64,000 nt of DNA from an uncultured Alphaproteobacteria bacterium (GCA_944392125.1 CALXVP010000001.1:218533-282532), one strand, 5' to 3'; shown: positions 21,601 through 32,768, numbered from the stretch's first letter. The notes: generated by a model from the sequence alone, not told the origin. Numbers and translations: made by a program.

Positions 21601-22795
21601 CTTCCAAACTACCACCGTTAATTTGGAATTTATGGCCGTTTTTTGCAAAATCGGCATTCACGTTTTTTAAACTTTTGCCGTGATAAATAAATGTATCCGC
21701 ATGTAATTTTAGCTTAAAATCGGCAAATTCGCCATCTGTTAAATTTTTCCAGTTTAAGGCACTTAACACATTCTGCCACTGCGCATAATCAAAGCGATTA
21801 AAATTAATCGTTGCTTTATAGCTTGTTTTTTGTTTTTGCTCTCTTTCTAACGAACCGGTCATGGAAACGGCATTTTCCGTATCACCGAACCGAACGGTAA
21901 AACTTTTAAACGTATCTTCTCCGCTCGCCGATTCATACCGCATATTGCCGAATGAAGGAACATTTAATTCATTACTGAGTGTTTTTAACCCAAATGCTTT
22001 TAACAAATTATTCGGCTTTTGCACACTGAATGAACCATCTGCCACCATCTGAGTTGTTTTCGTCAGACTGGGTGTCAGTGTTCCGTTAATATCTAAAAGG
22101 AAGGAATTATCTTCGCCCACCAAATTTAAAGAAAACGGCACAGCCGTATCCACCCGCAACTGCATAATTTTCAACTGCGCGGATGCCGTTTTATCTTTTG
22201 CACGAAATGTGCCGTTAAATGTATAAGGCCCCTGCAATGTATCCATTGATAAATTACCGTTAATGCTACCGATAGACCATTTCACCTGATTAAGCGCATT
22301 CGTATATTCAATGGATCCCCCGCGCACCGAAACCGTATCAACACGAATGGCGGTATTAGATGTATCCATGCCGAAATCATTTAAATTAGCTTTTGTTTCA
22401 AATAAAAACGGAAAATTCCAGTTTACGTTCGTTTCATCCGTTCTCTCTAAAAAGACCGTGGGATTTTCTATATCAATTTTTTTTATAACCAACGGACTTT
22501 TTAATAAAGAAGCCCATTCCAATTCAACCCCGACACGGTTTGCCCGCACCATAACGGCTCGTGGCGATCCTTTGATATTTGCCAATGTAATATCATTCAT
22601 CACAATGCGCGGTGTCGGAAACCAGGAAACGTATGTAGCTCCCATCACATTAAATTCCCGTCCCGTCATTTCGGAAATACTTTCTATGATTTGTTTTTGG
22701 AAGGCATCCGTGTTAAAGGAGCGGATAATAAAAAAGCCTAATCCACCCACAATGATAAAAAACAAAAACAAAACGGTTAAGAAAAATTTTTTCAT
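18644..22795 (-). CDS. AsmA-family protein
   Basis: N-terminal TM, ISEMTGREF...SWFPTPRI...LLKSPLVIKKIDIENPTVFLER...NWNF; long beta-rich body with a helical C-terminal extension. Confidence 0.8.
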   Translation of the reverse strand: MKKFFLTVLFLFFIIVGGLGFFIIRSFNTDAFQKQIIESISEMTGREFNVMGATYVSWFPTPRIVMNDITLANIKGSPRAVMVRANRVGVELEWASLLKSPLVIKKIDIENPTVFLERTDETNVNWNFPFLFETKANLNDFGMDTSNTAIRVDTVSVRGGSIEYTNALNQVKWSIGSINGNLSMDTLQGPYTFNGTFRAKDKTASAQLKIMQLRVDTAVPFSLNLVGEDNSFLLDINGTLTPSLTKTTQMVADGSFSVQKPNNLLKAFGLKTLSNELNVPSFGNMRYESASGEDTFKSFTVRFGDTENAVSMTGSLEREQKQKTSYKATINFNRFDYAQWQNVLSALNWKNLTDGEFADFKLKLHADTFIYHGKSLKNVNADFAKNGHKFQINGGSLEAAGETVLNFEGGSLAQNDKVGLVLMLAGKSARLSELLAMVAQTADFPKVLAQSAVFKGNTTIYSDGFNLEIQEFSLDKTKLSGSVVYEKTNPLPTIRTKLSAQNVNIDDYAGYQKPKQKVDVFALIDYAKNYISQLAFLKDFIGTFDLAGNNVVFFGAPIEKITLTGEVADNMLKITKADIQNLANASLSGSVNFNGLNTKLVSIPTLKMNFGTPQLDLFMDKIGLTANAEALKDLKDFKTELTLSEQGDEWTIAMNNTTGDLGLTLDGKLKTTDDGTIYNNLQVSLSYPDFRRFSREIFDIKGVNTSMDGDFLVKMVLNGSLDNVAFSDGQIKIGPNQMSVNGTYKPGKQAQLIMNIESPSFNVNKYIWNDLKNIKLRGINAQKPFDLKVFDGLDHHIKISTAQLLYSGYELKNAVLEWSVSGQEKTVTLKELSGTYGTANAPFKASGVFGWGNTPTLTLDFNGFNSEVSPHLLSTKKMSYGEGTARYQARLESNGKSPAEMLANLKGNGKLTFENGVWVGTSIDKVLPLIKRTIDNHVPKETFDKEMNRILNSGKTAIRKIEGAFTIENGQFKAMNTVLNGEGFVSDPMQIQWDIAKDSFDILVPITLSAYADLPPFALTVRGKSDALAYQTNNVDLSSSVADIVKAESEQLAEKKQTEKEKEMKIARSEREDKIREAILSAREAVRQAGIKVTTGDNQKALYLYRNAQDALSVVNNMSVKETLTDAEYIQLTEQSRLAIMKAEEAVAEATNDKFFEDRKKLHAFNDSAQQMQSEIIRIRDAYPDIEIVQKLAPATAEYVGILQKLSDEANPNETDEDHYAQMRKARDAYVKVVKGYQYVLRFDIDSKVKPIQPLSLTVPENTGLEIFEKIANSDADDIVEEKQVSKEAESDVSSNNGLNTTSPDDENMKKWQIFRGAVRDSSQRIRSKISRANNDLGVESESDIQESVGQPEVIEPADDLSVMPRDLPPTGSALRGTISRAE

Positions 22796-22913
22796 CTGTT
22801 ATCCTGCTTACCTACACTTTTTGACGATATTATTTTATTTATACACCAGTTCTCCCAAAAATCAAATCGTTTTTTTTGCTTTTTGACTTTTTATGCAAAA
22901 AAGTTCCAGCCAA

Positions 22914-24377
22914 TCAGATATTCTTTTTCCAGAAAAACGGCACTGTTAAAACAAATACGGCAATAAATTCCAATCGCCCGATAATCATTAAAAATGCCAA
23001 AATCGTTTTTGCAGTATCCGAAAGTGCGGCAAACGTTTTATCCGGACCGATAACACTTCCCAAAGCAGGGCCGACATTGGATAATGCCGTTATGGCACCG
23101 GATGATGCCGTCACAAAATCCAGTCCGCACAACGATAGCATTAAACCGCCCACAACGGCACTAAACGTATATAACCCGAAAAATACCAACACACTGTTAA
23201 TAATATTATCGGTTATCGGCTTGTTTCCGTAACGAGCCACAAAAATACCGTGCGGTTGAATTGCTTTCTTTAATTGTGCATAAATTGTTTTAAACAAGAT
23301 GGAAAATCGGAACATTTTGATACCGCCGGCTGTTGAACCCGTACAGCCACCCGTCAACATAATCAAAAAGAACAACATGGTTGCATATCCGCCCCATAGT
23401 TCATAATTATCAACAATAAATCCCGTTGACGTCATAGCAGAAACAATATCAAATGCCGTTGTGCGCAAAATATCGGATAATTGTGTATTATCAAATGACG
23501 CATCGTGCCAACGAATACCGGCCACGAACAAAATAATTCCCAAAGTAAACCAAAAATAAAGTTTAATTTGCTCATTATTGCGGATTGTTTCAAAATGGCG
23601 TTGAAAAATCAAAAGACCCATCATGAGTGGCAAACCGCCCACAAACATAAAGAATGTAATAATCCATTCAATCACGGGCGATTTAAAATAGCCGATAGAT
23701 AAATCGTGTGTGGAAAATCCTCCCGTGGAAGCCGTTGTCATCGCATGATTCAGTGCATCAAATGCCGACATGCCCGCCAACCACAAACAAATTCCGCATA
23801 AAATCGTCATCATAACAAAATACATCAATATCCCCGATATATTTTGCGCAATCATCGGCATATCGCGATTTGATTCTCCGCTGGCTTCTATATTAAACAA
23901 CTGCATACCACCAATTTGCAGAACGGGCAATACCAATATGGCCAACACCAAAATACCCAAACCGCCCATCCATTGCGTCATTGAACGCCAAAGCAACAAC
24001 CCTTTTGAAAGCGATTCAAGATTCGTAAAAATCGTCGAGCCGGTTGTTGTCAATCCGGAAGACGATTCAAAAAAGGCATCCACAAATGATATATTTATCG
24101 GCGAAAAATAGATTGGCAATGCGCAAATAACCGAAAACGAAAACCAGATAAGTGCCGTTGTTAAAAACATTTCTTTTGTTTTAAGCGGTGACGGCTTCAT
24201 TTCGGCCAACATCCAACCGATTAAACCGACTGAGCACGTTAACGCAGCCAACAGGGCAAATATGGAAGCAGACTGCCCATCACCATCCAACCAATCCGCC
24301 GCGGCGGGGAACATCATCATAAATCCGCCCAGCATAATCACATAGCTTACAATGGCAAAAATCAATTTAAATCGCAT
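22914..24377 (-). CDS. trkH: Trk potassium uptake permease
   Basis: FFESSSGLTTTGST, STGGFS, GGCTGSTAGGIK, SNVGPALG, GRLEF. Confidence 0.95.
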   Translation of the reverse strand: MRFKLIFAIVSYVIMLGGFMMMFPAAADWLDGDGQSASIFALLAALTCSVGLIGWMLAEMKPSPLKTKEMFLTTALIWFSFSVICALPIYFSPINISFVDAFFESSSGLTTTGSTIFTNLESLSKGLLLWRSMTQWMGGLGILVLAILVLPVLQIGGMQLFNIEASGESNRDMPMIAQNISGILMYFVMMTILCGICLWLAGMSAFDALNHAMTTASTGGFSTHDLSIGYFKSPVIEWIITFFMFVGGLPLMMGLLIFQRHFETIRNNEQIKLYFWFTLGIILFVAGIRWHDASFDNTQLSDILRTTAFDIVSAMTSTGFIVDNYELWGGYATMLFFLIMLTGGCTGSTAGGIKMFRFSILFKTIYAQLKKAIQPHGIFVARYGNKPITDNIINSVLVFFGLYTFSAVVGGLMLSLCGLDFVTASSGAITALSNVGPALGSVIGPDKTFAALSDTAKTILAFLMIIGRLEFIAVFVLTVPFFWKKNI

Positions 24378-24681
24378 TTATCCCCTCAATTAAAACGGAT
24401 ATATCCTATCCGATTTAAAAATAAAATGCAACAATAAATTTATTCGCTTATCCAGTCTTCAAAATCACTGCCTTTTACATCTTAATTTTTCACGAGTTGC
24501 GCAAATTCAACTGATTATTTCTTAAATCAAATTTTTATGTTTTAAAGCGATGATAAATCGTTTTTTTATACAGCATCAAGTTAAGATTATGCACAAGTGT
24601 TCGGCAAAGGTAATTTTATTTAAAATAGATTTCATATAACAACACTCCCACTTTAATAATCAACCCGCCTTAATCATCAAA

Positions 24682-24707
24682 AATCCGCCCCGTTTCCGAG
24701 GCGGATT
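24682..24707 (-). terminator. Intrinsic terminator after the autotransporter
   Basis: AATCCGCC...GGCGGATT stem followed by a T-run on the minus strand. Confidence 0.7.
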
Positions 24708-24728
24708 CCCGATTAACATCAACTCAAA

Positions 24729-27700
24729 TTAGAAGTTATACTTTAACTTTAACATTCCTGTTTGAGCGAAGTTGCTGACACGCCATTCAATATCATAGCC
24801 GGCCGTTACTTCCATTTGGCCGTATTTAGCCGTTAATCCGACACCTGTTGCCAATGCCGCACGGTGCAAACGTTCGCCCTCAACGGAGTAAACCGTATTA
24901 CCACCGATGACGTTTACGTTCGCCGTAGAATTATCCGACTTAAAGTCATACGTTCCGGCCAATCTGAATTCCGGTTTAAAGACAAGATTATCCCGATATT
25001 GGAATTCTTTTGCAATGCGCGTACCAATAACGGCCGTTGCCACTTGCGAACTCTTGCCTTCCACTTCATTCAAACCGTTGTCATAATCATCCGGATTGAC
25101 GTAGACATAGCGAACACCGACATAATTATCAGCAATACCGTATTGATAACCCGAGAACAATTGAGCCCCGTATGTATCAATGCTGTATTTTGCAGACAAT
25201 CCAAGCGCTTCGGACTTAGCCTTGTTATGACCGTAATTTAAGATGGATTCAACATACCATTGCGACGGTTGATATTTACCGTAAACAAAGTAGTTATCAC
25301 CATTGACATGTGTTCTGCGCATATCTTCTTTGACGGTTGTGGCTGAACGGGCATAACCTGCACCCAACAACACGCTTTCCGTTACTTGCGCATCAACACC
25401 GAATGAGAATCCGTGCGTGTAAGCATCAAATCCATCCCCTTGCGAGTTATGATTTTTGCTGAACAATCCACGAACCCACGGTGATAATTTCGCATCAGCC
25501 AAATCACCGCCACTGCGTCCTTGCCGTAATTGAGCCATCCGATCAGCTGCCGTTTTAATGACTTGCGTATTGATCGTGACTGCCTGACGAATCGGGGCTT
25601 GTGTCGGTTGTGTGGCTTTCGTCAACTCTGCTGCTTTTTGTTGATCGGCAGTATCTTTTGATTGAGCCAAGTCCATAATTGTTGAGGCAACAGCCTGAGC
25701 TTGCGGAGTTGTCGGCGTTGCTTCCACAATGGTTGCAATACCTGTTGCCGCAATCGGATCAGCCACACCCGCCGATACGAATTGATCAACAATTTTATCC
25801 GCTGATTTACGATCAACAACTAAACTGCCGTCATCTTGAACCACAAGATCAAACAGGTTATTTTCCGTAAATGTCAAATCAGATCCGTTTCCTTGCGTAA
25901 ACACAAGCGATCCGCCAACACTGTTTTGATCAAATACCAGATTCAAATTGTTTCCGCTCAACTCGGCAGCATCAAATCCTGCCGTACCGGATAACAAGTT
26001 GGCACGCAACGTAGAACCATCTTTAATACTGATTGACGAAGCATGAATAATAGATGAACCGATATCCAACGTATCACCGTTGAAAGCGATTTTTCCATCA
26101 CCCGTCACACCACCAGTAAACGATACATCACCGTTAAAGGTTAAGTTACCTGTGTTATGCATATCGTTAGCAACGCCGTTGGCCGTATTGTTGGCAAAAA
26201 CGGTATTACCGTCAAAGGTCATTTCACCCTTATTCAAAATAGCACCGCCGAATTCGGTTGCCTTGTTTCCGGTAAATGTATTTGTTCCGGTAAACGAAAC
26301 GGTTGCCAACGCTTCATTTGCAATCGCGCCACCGTTCTTTGCCGTATTGTTGGTAAAGGTTGAATCTGCAACTGATGTCTGGCGGAACGTGTTATAAACC
26401 GCACCACCCGATAATCCTGCCGTGTTATTATCAAATGTTGATGTTTCAATTTTTAAAACGGCATTTTTATTTTCGGCAGCGTAGTCATTTGCCGATCCAT
26501 CCGCTTTACCTGCCACATCATTTTTCCAATCAACACGTGTTGCAATCGCACCACCATCCGTTGTTACGGTATTATTCGTAAAGGTAGACGATGAAATACT
26601 GTTCGTTGAAGCACTGCCTGCATAGATGGCGCCACCACCGTCAACACTTGTAGCAAGCAAATGATTATTAAAGCCATCATTGGCAATTTCAGCCGTCACC
26701 TTATTTCCGTTAAAGACGGAGTTTGTAACCGTCATCTCATGGAAATTGGCAATAGCTCCTTGATAATCACCTTCGTTGCCCGAGAATGAAGTATAATCCA
26801 AATTCAACACGCCGGATTTTAAGCGAACACCTGTTTGAATGGCACTGCCTTGGGCCGCCTTGTTGTTATTAAATTCAACCATGGCATCTGCCGTTCCGGC
26901 AATTGTCAATGTGCCTTCATTCGCAATCGCACCGCCGTATGTTTTTGCCGTATTGTTCGCAAAAACACCTCTGCCGGTGATTGTCATATCTCCGGTATTG
27001 TAAATGGCACCGCCATCGCCTGTTGCCGTGTTTTTATTAAATTGGGTGCCTGTGGCAACCGTTACGGTATCGGCATTATAAATAGCACCACCGTTATTTG
27101 CCGAATTACTTTCAAATAATCCGCCGACATTGGCCGTTCCGGCATTTTCGCCAACTGATATTGCACCACCGGCATTACCAGCCACGTTATTCTTAAAAAT
27201 TGCATTCGTTGCCGTTAATGTTGATTTAATATCACCATGATCTTTCGAATCCTGCCACATTGCAATGGCACCACCGGCCTGATTAGAACCTGTCAACGCC
27301 TTATTGCCGTCAAACGTTACACCGTTTCCGAGTGTTAAATTGCCGTATTCCAAAGCAATGGCACCGCCTAATCCGGCTTCATTACCTGAAAATACCGTAT
27401 TTTCACCCACGCTGACCGTTCCGTTTTCGGACAATGTTGTGCCGTCTGCCAATTTAATATACATGGCACCACCGCCCCAGCCATTGTTGGTTGCTTTGTT
27501 CCCATTGAACTCAACATTATTGCCGACCGTCATACCGTTCAAGACTTTTAAAACACCGCCGGCACTTTTTTGCGTTTCATTATTTGAAAATATTGTGCCG
27601 TCAGCAACCGATACACCCGTTGTATTGTAGTTAAGTGTAGCAACACCGGCTTTTGTGCTATCCGTATTGACGTAATCTTCATACGTTCCGCTCAAAGCAG

Positions 27701-27857
27701 TATCGTTTGCAACAACACCGAGTGGCGTATTTGCAGCCACGGCCGAAGTGGCAAAAAATGCACCCGTCAATGCAATCATATTTAAAAATGCACACTTTTT
27801 CAATACAATCGCATATCGCTTGGTTAATTCTTTAATTGTTGTTTTTGTATATTTCAT
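24729..27857 (-). CDS. Autotransporter (type Va) with Pmp-like GGA(I/V) and FxxN passenger repeats
   Basis: Many FxxNxA...GGAI repeats; C-terminal beta-barrel ending LKYNF. GGAGGA RBS favours start 27857 (MKYTKTTIKELTKRY..., extended signal peptide). Confidence 0.9.
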   Translation of the reverse strand: MKYTKTTIKELTKRYAIVLKKCAFLNMIALTGAFFATSAVAANTPLGVVANDTALSGTYEDYVNTDSTKAGVATLNYNTTGVSVADGTIFSNNETQKSAGGVLKVLNGMTVGNNVEFNGNKATNNGWGGGAMYIKLADGTTLSENGTVSVGENTVFSGNEAGLGGAIALEYGNLTLGNGVTFDGNKALTGSNQAGGAIAMWQDSKDHGDIKSTLTATNAIFKNNVAGNAGGAISVGENAGTANVGGLFESNSANNGGAIYNADTVTVATGTQFNKNTATGDGGAIYNTGDMTITGRGVFANNTAKTYGGAIANEGTLTIAGTADAMVEFNNNKAAQGSAIQTGVRLKSGVLNLDYTSFSGNEGDYQGAIANFHEMTVTNSVFNGNKVTAEIANDGFNNHLLATSVDGGGAIYAGSASTNSISSSTFTNNTVTTDGGAIATRVDWKNDVAGKADGSANDYAAENKNAVLKIETSTFDNNTAGLSGGAVYNTFRQTSVADSTFTNNTAKNGGAIANEALATVSFTGTNTFTGNKATEFGGAILNKGEMTFDGNTVFANNTANGVANDMHNTGNLTFNGDVSFTGGVTGDGKIAFNGDTLDIGSSIIHASSISIKDGSTLRANLLSGTAGFDAAELSGNNLNLVFDQNSVGGSLVFTQGNGSDLTFTENNLFDLVVQDDGSLVVDRKSADKIVDQFVSAGVADPIAATGIATIVEATPTTPQAQAVASTIMDLAQSKDTADQQKAAELTKATQPTQAPIRQAVTINTQVIKTAADRMAQLRQGRSGGDLADAKLSPWVRGLFSKNHNSQGDGFDAYTHGFSFGVDAQVTESVLLGAGYARSATTVKEDMRRTHVNGDNYFVYGKYQPSQWYVESILNYGHNKAKSEALGLSAKYSIDTYGAQLFSGYQYGIADNYVGVRYVYVNPDDYDNGLNEVEGKSSQVATAVIGTRIAKEFQYRDNLVFKPEFRLAGTYDFKSDNSTANVNVIGGNTVYSVEGERLHRAALATGVGLTAKYGQMEVTAGYDIEWRVSNFAQTGMLKLKYNF

Positions 27858-28180
27858 GTCTCCTCCATTGATAGAAAAGCATACATAAATATTATATAAA
27901 TATTCTATGTATTTATTCAACAGAGGGATTATAGCTGTATATTTTGAATAATGTCAAGCAAAAATCTTATCATTTACACAAAAGCATAAGATAGTATTGA
28001 AATATTACATTAATATTTTAAAAAAAATAAATAAAAATAATAATTTTATTTCATTGTAAAAAAATGAGATTCATTGATAATCAAAACTCGGATAAATCTG
28101 CCGTTCAGACTTCCATTTATGAAGTTTGATAACTATATATTGAGTTGTTCTCTATGTTAAAAAACGAAAGGAAAATATTT

Positions 28181-28516
28181 ATGAAAGAAGATATAAAAGC
28201 CATTGTATCCCAAAATATTAAAAGATATCGGAAGAAAGCACACATTACGCAAGCCCAACTGGCCGAACAAATCGGCAAAACGGTGGAAATGGTTTGCCAG
28301 CTTGAAAATAATATTGCAAGCACAAAATTATCTACGCTTGAAGCCATTGCAAACGTATTTGATTTAGAGCCGTATCAATTACTTTTACCCCGCGAATATC
28401 CCGATTACGAAAGATTTTCACCCGAATTAACCGATTTAATGTTAGAACTGCAAGATCAGCCCAAAGAAGTTTTAGAAGCACTTAAAATCCTTTTGCAATA
28501 TCATAAAGCGCGATAA
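28181..28516 (+). CDS. XRE/Cro-family HTH transcriptional regulator
   Basis: NIKRYRKKAHITQAQLAEQIG...QLEN...TLEAIANVF. Confidence 0.88.
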   Translation: MKEDIKAIVSQNIKRYRKKAHITQAQLAEQIGKTVEMVCQLENNIASTKLSTLEAIANVFDLEPYQLLLPREYPDYERFSPELTDLMLELQDQPKEVLEALKILLQYHKAR

Positions 28517-28561
28517 TTTTATATCTTTTTAATTATCGGAACTTTTCAGAGAGACACACTT

Positions 28562-28606
28562 AAAAATAAACAGACAGGGAGTTTGGATTCGCTGTCTGTT
28601 TATTTT
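28562..28606. terminator. Bidirectional terminator between the XRE gene and clpB
   Basis: AAAATAAACAGACAG...CTGTCTGTTTATTTT inverted repeat. Confidence 0.7.
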
Positions 28607-28626
28607 ATATGATATGGCCTCTTAAA

Positions 28627-31167
28627 TCAGGCTTTCGGTGCTTCTTCAGCTTTAAATTCAAAGTGCTGTTCGGACGACTTATCGGATGACGGTGTAATAG
28701 TTACCACCGAATCGTCTTTAATGCTTCCGTCCAGTAACTTAATGGCCAACGGATTTTCAATTTGTTGCCGAATCACACGCTTTAACGGACGAGCACCGAA
28801 TTCCGAATCGTATCCCTCTTCCGCCAATTCATCGCGCGCTTTATCATCCACATGCAACCGTATCCGATGATCTTTTAACCGCGATTCAAGTTTGGCAAGT
28901 TGAATATCCACAATCTTGCGTATATCGTTTTTCGCCAACGGCTTGAAGACGATAATTTCATCCAATCGGTTAATAAATTCGGGCTTAAAGAAACCTTTTA
29001 ATTTCTCCCGAATTGACTTTTCATCGGCATCCGTTACCAAGTTAGAGGTCATAATCAGGAAGGTGTTTTTAAAATCAACCGTCCGGCCTTGACCATCCGT
29101 CAACCGTCCGTCATCCAATACTTGTAATAAAACATTAAAGACATCCGGATGTGCTTTTTCCACTTCATCAAACAATATAACCTGATACGGGCGACGACGC
29201 ACGGCTTCCGTCAACACCCCGCCTTCATCATACCCCACATATCCCGGAGGCGCGCCGATTAACCGCGCAACGGCGTGTTTCTCCATATACTCCGACATAT
29301 CAATTCTTAAATACGCCGATTCTTCATCAAACAAGAACTCCGCCAACGCTTTGGCCAGCTCCGTTTTGCCGACACCCGTCGGCCCCAAGAACAGAAACGA
29401 GCCAATCGGGCGATTCGGATCTTTTAAACCCGACCGCGAACGCCGAACGGCATTTGAAACGGCAACAATCGCATCCTCTTGTCCCACAACACGCCGACTA
29501 ATCTCTTTTTCCATATTCAGCAATTTTTCGCGCTCACTGCCCAGCAATTTGTCCACGGGAATCCCCGTCCATTTGGAAACGATAGACGCGATAATATCAG
29601 GCGTTACGGTTTCTATGGTTGAGGCATTTTGATTTTGGGCATTTAACGCAGCCAATTTCTTTTCCAATTCGGGAATTTCTTTATACTGCAACTCACCCGC
29701 CTTTTCATATAACCCATCGCGCAACGCTTTTTCCACCTCTGCTTTGGCTTTATCCAAACGCTCACGCACGTTGTTTGCCTCTTGCAAAGCACTTTTATGA
29801 GCATTCCATTGTTGCGTTTCATCTAACGATTCTTTTTCAAGCGTTTTTATTTGCTCTTCAATTTTGGCAAGGCGTTCTTTGGAAGCCTCGTCCGGTTCTT
29901 TGCGCAAAGCCTCACGTTCAATTTTTAATTGAACAAGTTTACGATCCAATTCGTCCAAATGTTCCGGTTTGGAATCAATCGCCATACGCAATTTACTGGC
30001 CGCTTCATCCATTAAGTCAATCGCTTTATCGGGCAAAAATCTATCCGTGATATAACGATTAGACATAACGGCTGCTGCAACCAATGCCGCATCGGCAATC
30101 CGAACGCCGTGATGCAATTCATACTTTTGCTTGATACCCCGCAAAATGGAAACCGTTTCCTCTACCTGCGGTTCGCTGACATAGACCGGTTGAAACCGCC
30201 GAGCAAACGCTTGGTCTTTTTCAATATATTTTTGATATTCCTTTAATGTGGTTGCCCCGATGCAATGCAATTCTCCGCGCGCCAACGCCGGCTTTAATAA
30301 ATTGGAGGCGTCCATCGACCCGCTGGTTGCTCCGGCGCCGACAACAGTGTGCATTTCATCAATAAACAAAATAATCTGCCCGTTTGAAGCAGCAACTTCC
30401 TCCAACACGGCTTTCAATCTTTCTTCAAACTCCCCGCGATACTTGGCGCCCGCAATCAATGCACCCATATCCAACGCCATTAAGCGCTTATGTGCCAATG
30501 TTTCGGGAACATCTCCGTTCACAATTCGTAACGCCAACCCCTCTACGATTGCCGTTTTACCGACGCCGGGCTCACCGATTAAAATCGGGTTGTTTTTCGT
30601 CCGTCTGGACAGAACTTGAATCGTATGACGAATTTCCTCATCACGACCGATAACAGGGTCCAATTTTCCCTGCAATGCGCGCTCCGTATAATCCGTTGCA
30701 TACTTCTTTAAAGCTTCAAAGTTATCTTCCGCCGTCGGTGATTGAGCCGTTCGCCCTTGACGCATCTTATTGATAACGGCATTTAATTTCTTTTCGTCAA
30801 CACCGTAAGTATTCCCCATCAAAAGCGCTTGCAACAATCTTTCAACCGTCACATACGAATCCTGTGCTTTGGTTGCCAACTGTTCTGCTTTATCCAGCAC
30901 TTTTAAAAATGCCTGAGAAGCACTGATTTGAACACTTGACCCCTCCACTCTCGGTAAGGCATCTACGGCTTGTTGCACCTTTTCACGCAAACCGGAGACA
31001 TCAGCTCCCGCTTGGGTTAGCCATGTGGCTGCCATACCCTCTTTATCATCCAACAACACTTTTAATAAGTGTTCCGGCATTAAGAATTGGTTATTATTCC
31101 GAACGGCTAAATTTTGTGCCGATTGAATAAAACCTTGCGATCTTTCCGTTAATTTTTCACTGTTCAT
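28627..31167 (-). CDS. clpB: ATP-dependent chaperone ClpB
   Basis: Two AAA+ modules ([16 protein letters not shown]), coiled-coil M domain, GAPPGYVGY. Confidence 0.97.
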   Translation of the reverse strand: MNSEKLTERSQGFIQSAQNLAVRNNNQFLMPEHLLKVLLDDKEGMAATWLTQAGADVSGLREKVQQAVDALPRVEGSSVQISASQAFLKVLDKAEQLATKAQDSYVTVERLLQALLMGNTYGVDEKKLNAVINKMRQGRTAQSPTAEDNFEALKKYATDYTERALQGKLDPVIGRDEEIRHTIQVLSRRTKNNPILIGEPGVGKTAIVEGLALRIVNGDVPETLAHKRLMALDMGALIAGAKYRGEFEERLKAVLEEVAASNGQIILFIDEMHTVVGAGATSGSMDASNLLKPALARGELHCIGATTLKEYQKYIEKDQAFARRFQPVYVSEPQVEETVSILRGIKQKYELHHGVRIADAALVAAAVMSNRYITDRFLPDKAIDLMDEAASKLRMAIDSKPEHLDELDRKLVQLKIEREALRKEPDEASKERLAKIEEQIKTLEKESLDETQQWNAHKSALQEANNVRERLDKAKAEVEKALRDGLYEKAGELQYKEIPELEKKLAALNAQNQNASTIETVTPDIIASIVSKWTGIPVDKLLGSEREKLLNMEKEISRRVVGQEDAIVAVSNAVRRSRSGLKDPNRPIGSFLFLGPTGVGKTELAKALAEFLFDEESAYLRIDMSEYMEKHAVARLIGAPPGYVGYDEGGVLTEAVRRRPYQVILFDEVEKAHPDVFNVLLQVLDDGRLTDGQGRTVDFKNTFLIMTSNLVTDADEKSIREKLKGFFKPEFINRLDEIIVFKPLAKNDIRKIVDIQLAKLESRLKDHRIRLHVDDKARDELAEEGYDSEFGARPLKRVIRQQIENPLAIKLLDGSIKDDSVVTITPSSDKSSEQHFEFKAEEAPKA

Positions 31168-31340
31168 CTTTTATTCGTCCTTTCGTAAGAACATATAATA
31201 ATAAGTATGAGAGCTTTCAAGGGACGGTACAAAAAAAATTATCAGCGGAGAATGTGCGTTCGTTTTCAACCCACTTTTGATATAAATATATCTTCTTATG
31301 GAAGCCGAAAGTTGCTATTTTTAATAAAAGCGTTACCATT

Positions 31341-32723
31341 TTATCCGCGCACTTGATTCGGCACAGGGCTTCTTTGATCCAACTTACCAAACAGCGAAAC
31401 CTTAAATCGGCGAATAATGATAAAATATCCGATTGCAACAATCATTGCACCGCCAATCCACGCAATCGGACTGGCATAACATATTCCGATATACCCGTAT
31501 GCTACCGATAAATACCACGCTGCGAATCCGCGCATTATAAGTTCAACAATTCCGGAAATAAGCGGTAATAACGGATATCCCATTCCTTGCAAAACTTGCC
31601 GAAACACAAATATCATACTTAAAAAGAAATAAAAAAGCGTTGTTATTTTAACATAACCCGTTGCTTGATTTAACACAAATTCCGAGGGGTGATTTAAGAA
31701 AATGCCCGCTAAATCTTCCCCGAAATGGTAAGCAATAATCGCCATAATAAAACTAATTGTTCCCGAAAATAAGAAACATTGTAAAACACCTTGTTTGATT
31801 CGGCGAATGTAGCGACCGCCGTAATTTTGTGCCGAATATGTTGTTAATGCCATTCCGAGCGAAAACAGCGGCATCGTCATAATTTGCTCGATACGGCCGG
31901 CCGAGGCAAAGGCCGCAATCGTATCCGTTCCGAACGAATTGCAGATACTTTGAATGATAATCACCCCGATACCGATAACCGAAAATTGAATAGACATCGG
32001 CACGGCAATTTTAAGATGTTCCCATAAAAACGAAAAGTTAATGCGCCAATCCTTTTTCTTTAACCGCAACACCGGAAAGCGCCAGAATAAAAAGAAAACA
32101 CAGAGCAATGCCGAAACCGTTTGGGCTATCCCCGTTCCGAGTGCGGCGCCCGTTACATCCCAATGGAAATACGTAATCAACGGCACATTGATGGCAATAT
32201 TCAATAATGATGCAAAAATTAAAAAGTAAAGTGGTGTACGGCTATCACCCAGCGCCCGCATAATGCCCGCTAAATAGTTATAAAACAGTGTTGCAAAAAG
32301 CGAGTAGGAAAGAATGGTTAAAAACCGTTTTGAATCATCATAGATATCCGCCGGCACATTCATTTTGTGTAAAATCGTATCCATCAGCAAATGCAACCCC
32401 ATCATCACACCGATACATAAAATGGCGGTTAAAAGAATCCCGCCGCTGAATGATTTGCGCACACTGCAAATATCATTAGCGCCGAATCGCTGTGCCGTAA
32501 TAACGCATAACCCGTTCGTAAATCCGGTTGCAAACATAATCGTCATAACAAAAACGGGCGTCATCGCGCCCGCAACGGCCAACGCGTGCAGTCCCAAATA
32601 ATGGCCCAAAATATATAAATCCGACAAAATATACACTTGTTGGAATAAGTTTCCAAACATAATCGGTATGGAAAACAAGATAATCAATTTTAAAGGATTA
32701 CCTTGTGTCATAGATTGAATCAT
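31341..32723 (-). CDS. MATE-family efflux transporter
   Basis: MTQGNPLKLIILFSIPIMFGNLFQQ, RALGDSRTPL; about 12 TM. Confidence 0.92.
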   Translation of the reverse strand: MIQSMTQGNPLKLIILFSIPIMFGNLFQQVYILSDLYILGHYLGLHALAVAGAMTPVFVMTIMFATGFTNGLCVITAQRFGANDICSVRKSFSGGILLTAILCIGVMMGLHLLMDTILHKMNVPADIYDDSKRFLTILSYSLFATLFYNYLAGIMRALGDSRTPLYFLIFASLLNIAINVPLITYFHWDVTGAALGTGIAQTVSALLCVFFLFWRFPVLRLKKKDWRINFSFLWEHLKIAVPMSIQFSVIGIGVIIIQSICNSFGTDTIAAFASAGRIEQIMTMPLFSLGMALTTYSAQNYGGRYIRRIKQGVLQCFLFSGTISFIMAIIAYHFGEDLAGIFLNHPSEFVLNQATGYVKITTLFYFFLSMIFVFRQVLQGMGYPLLPLISGIVELIMRGFAAWYLSVAYGYIGICYASPIAWIGGAMIVAIGYFIIIRRFKVSLFGKLDQRSPVPNQVRG

Positions 32724-32768
32724 AGAATCCCCCCCCGTCCCGCAGGTGTTTAGTTTGCTTATTTTGCC

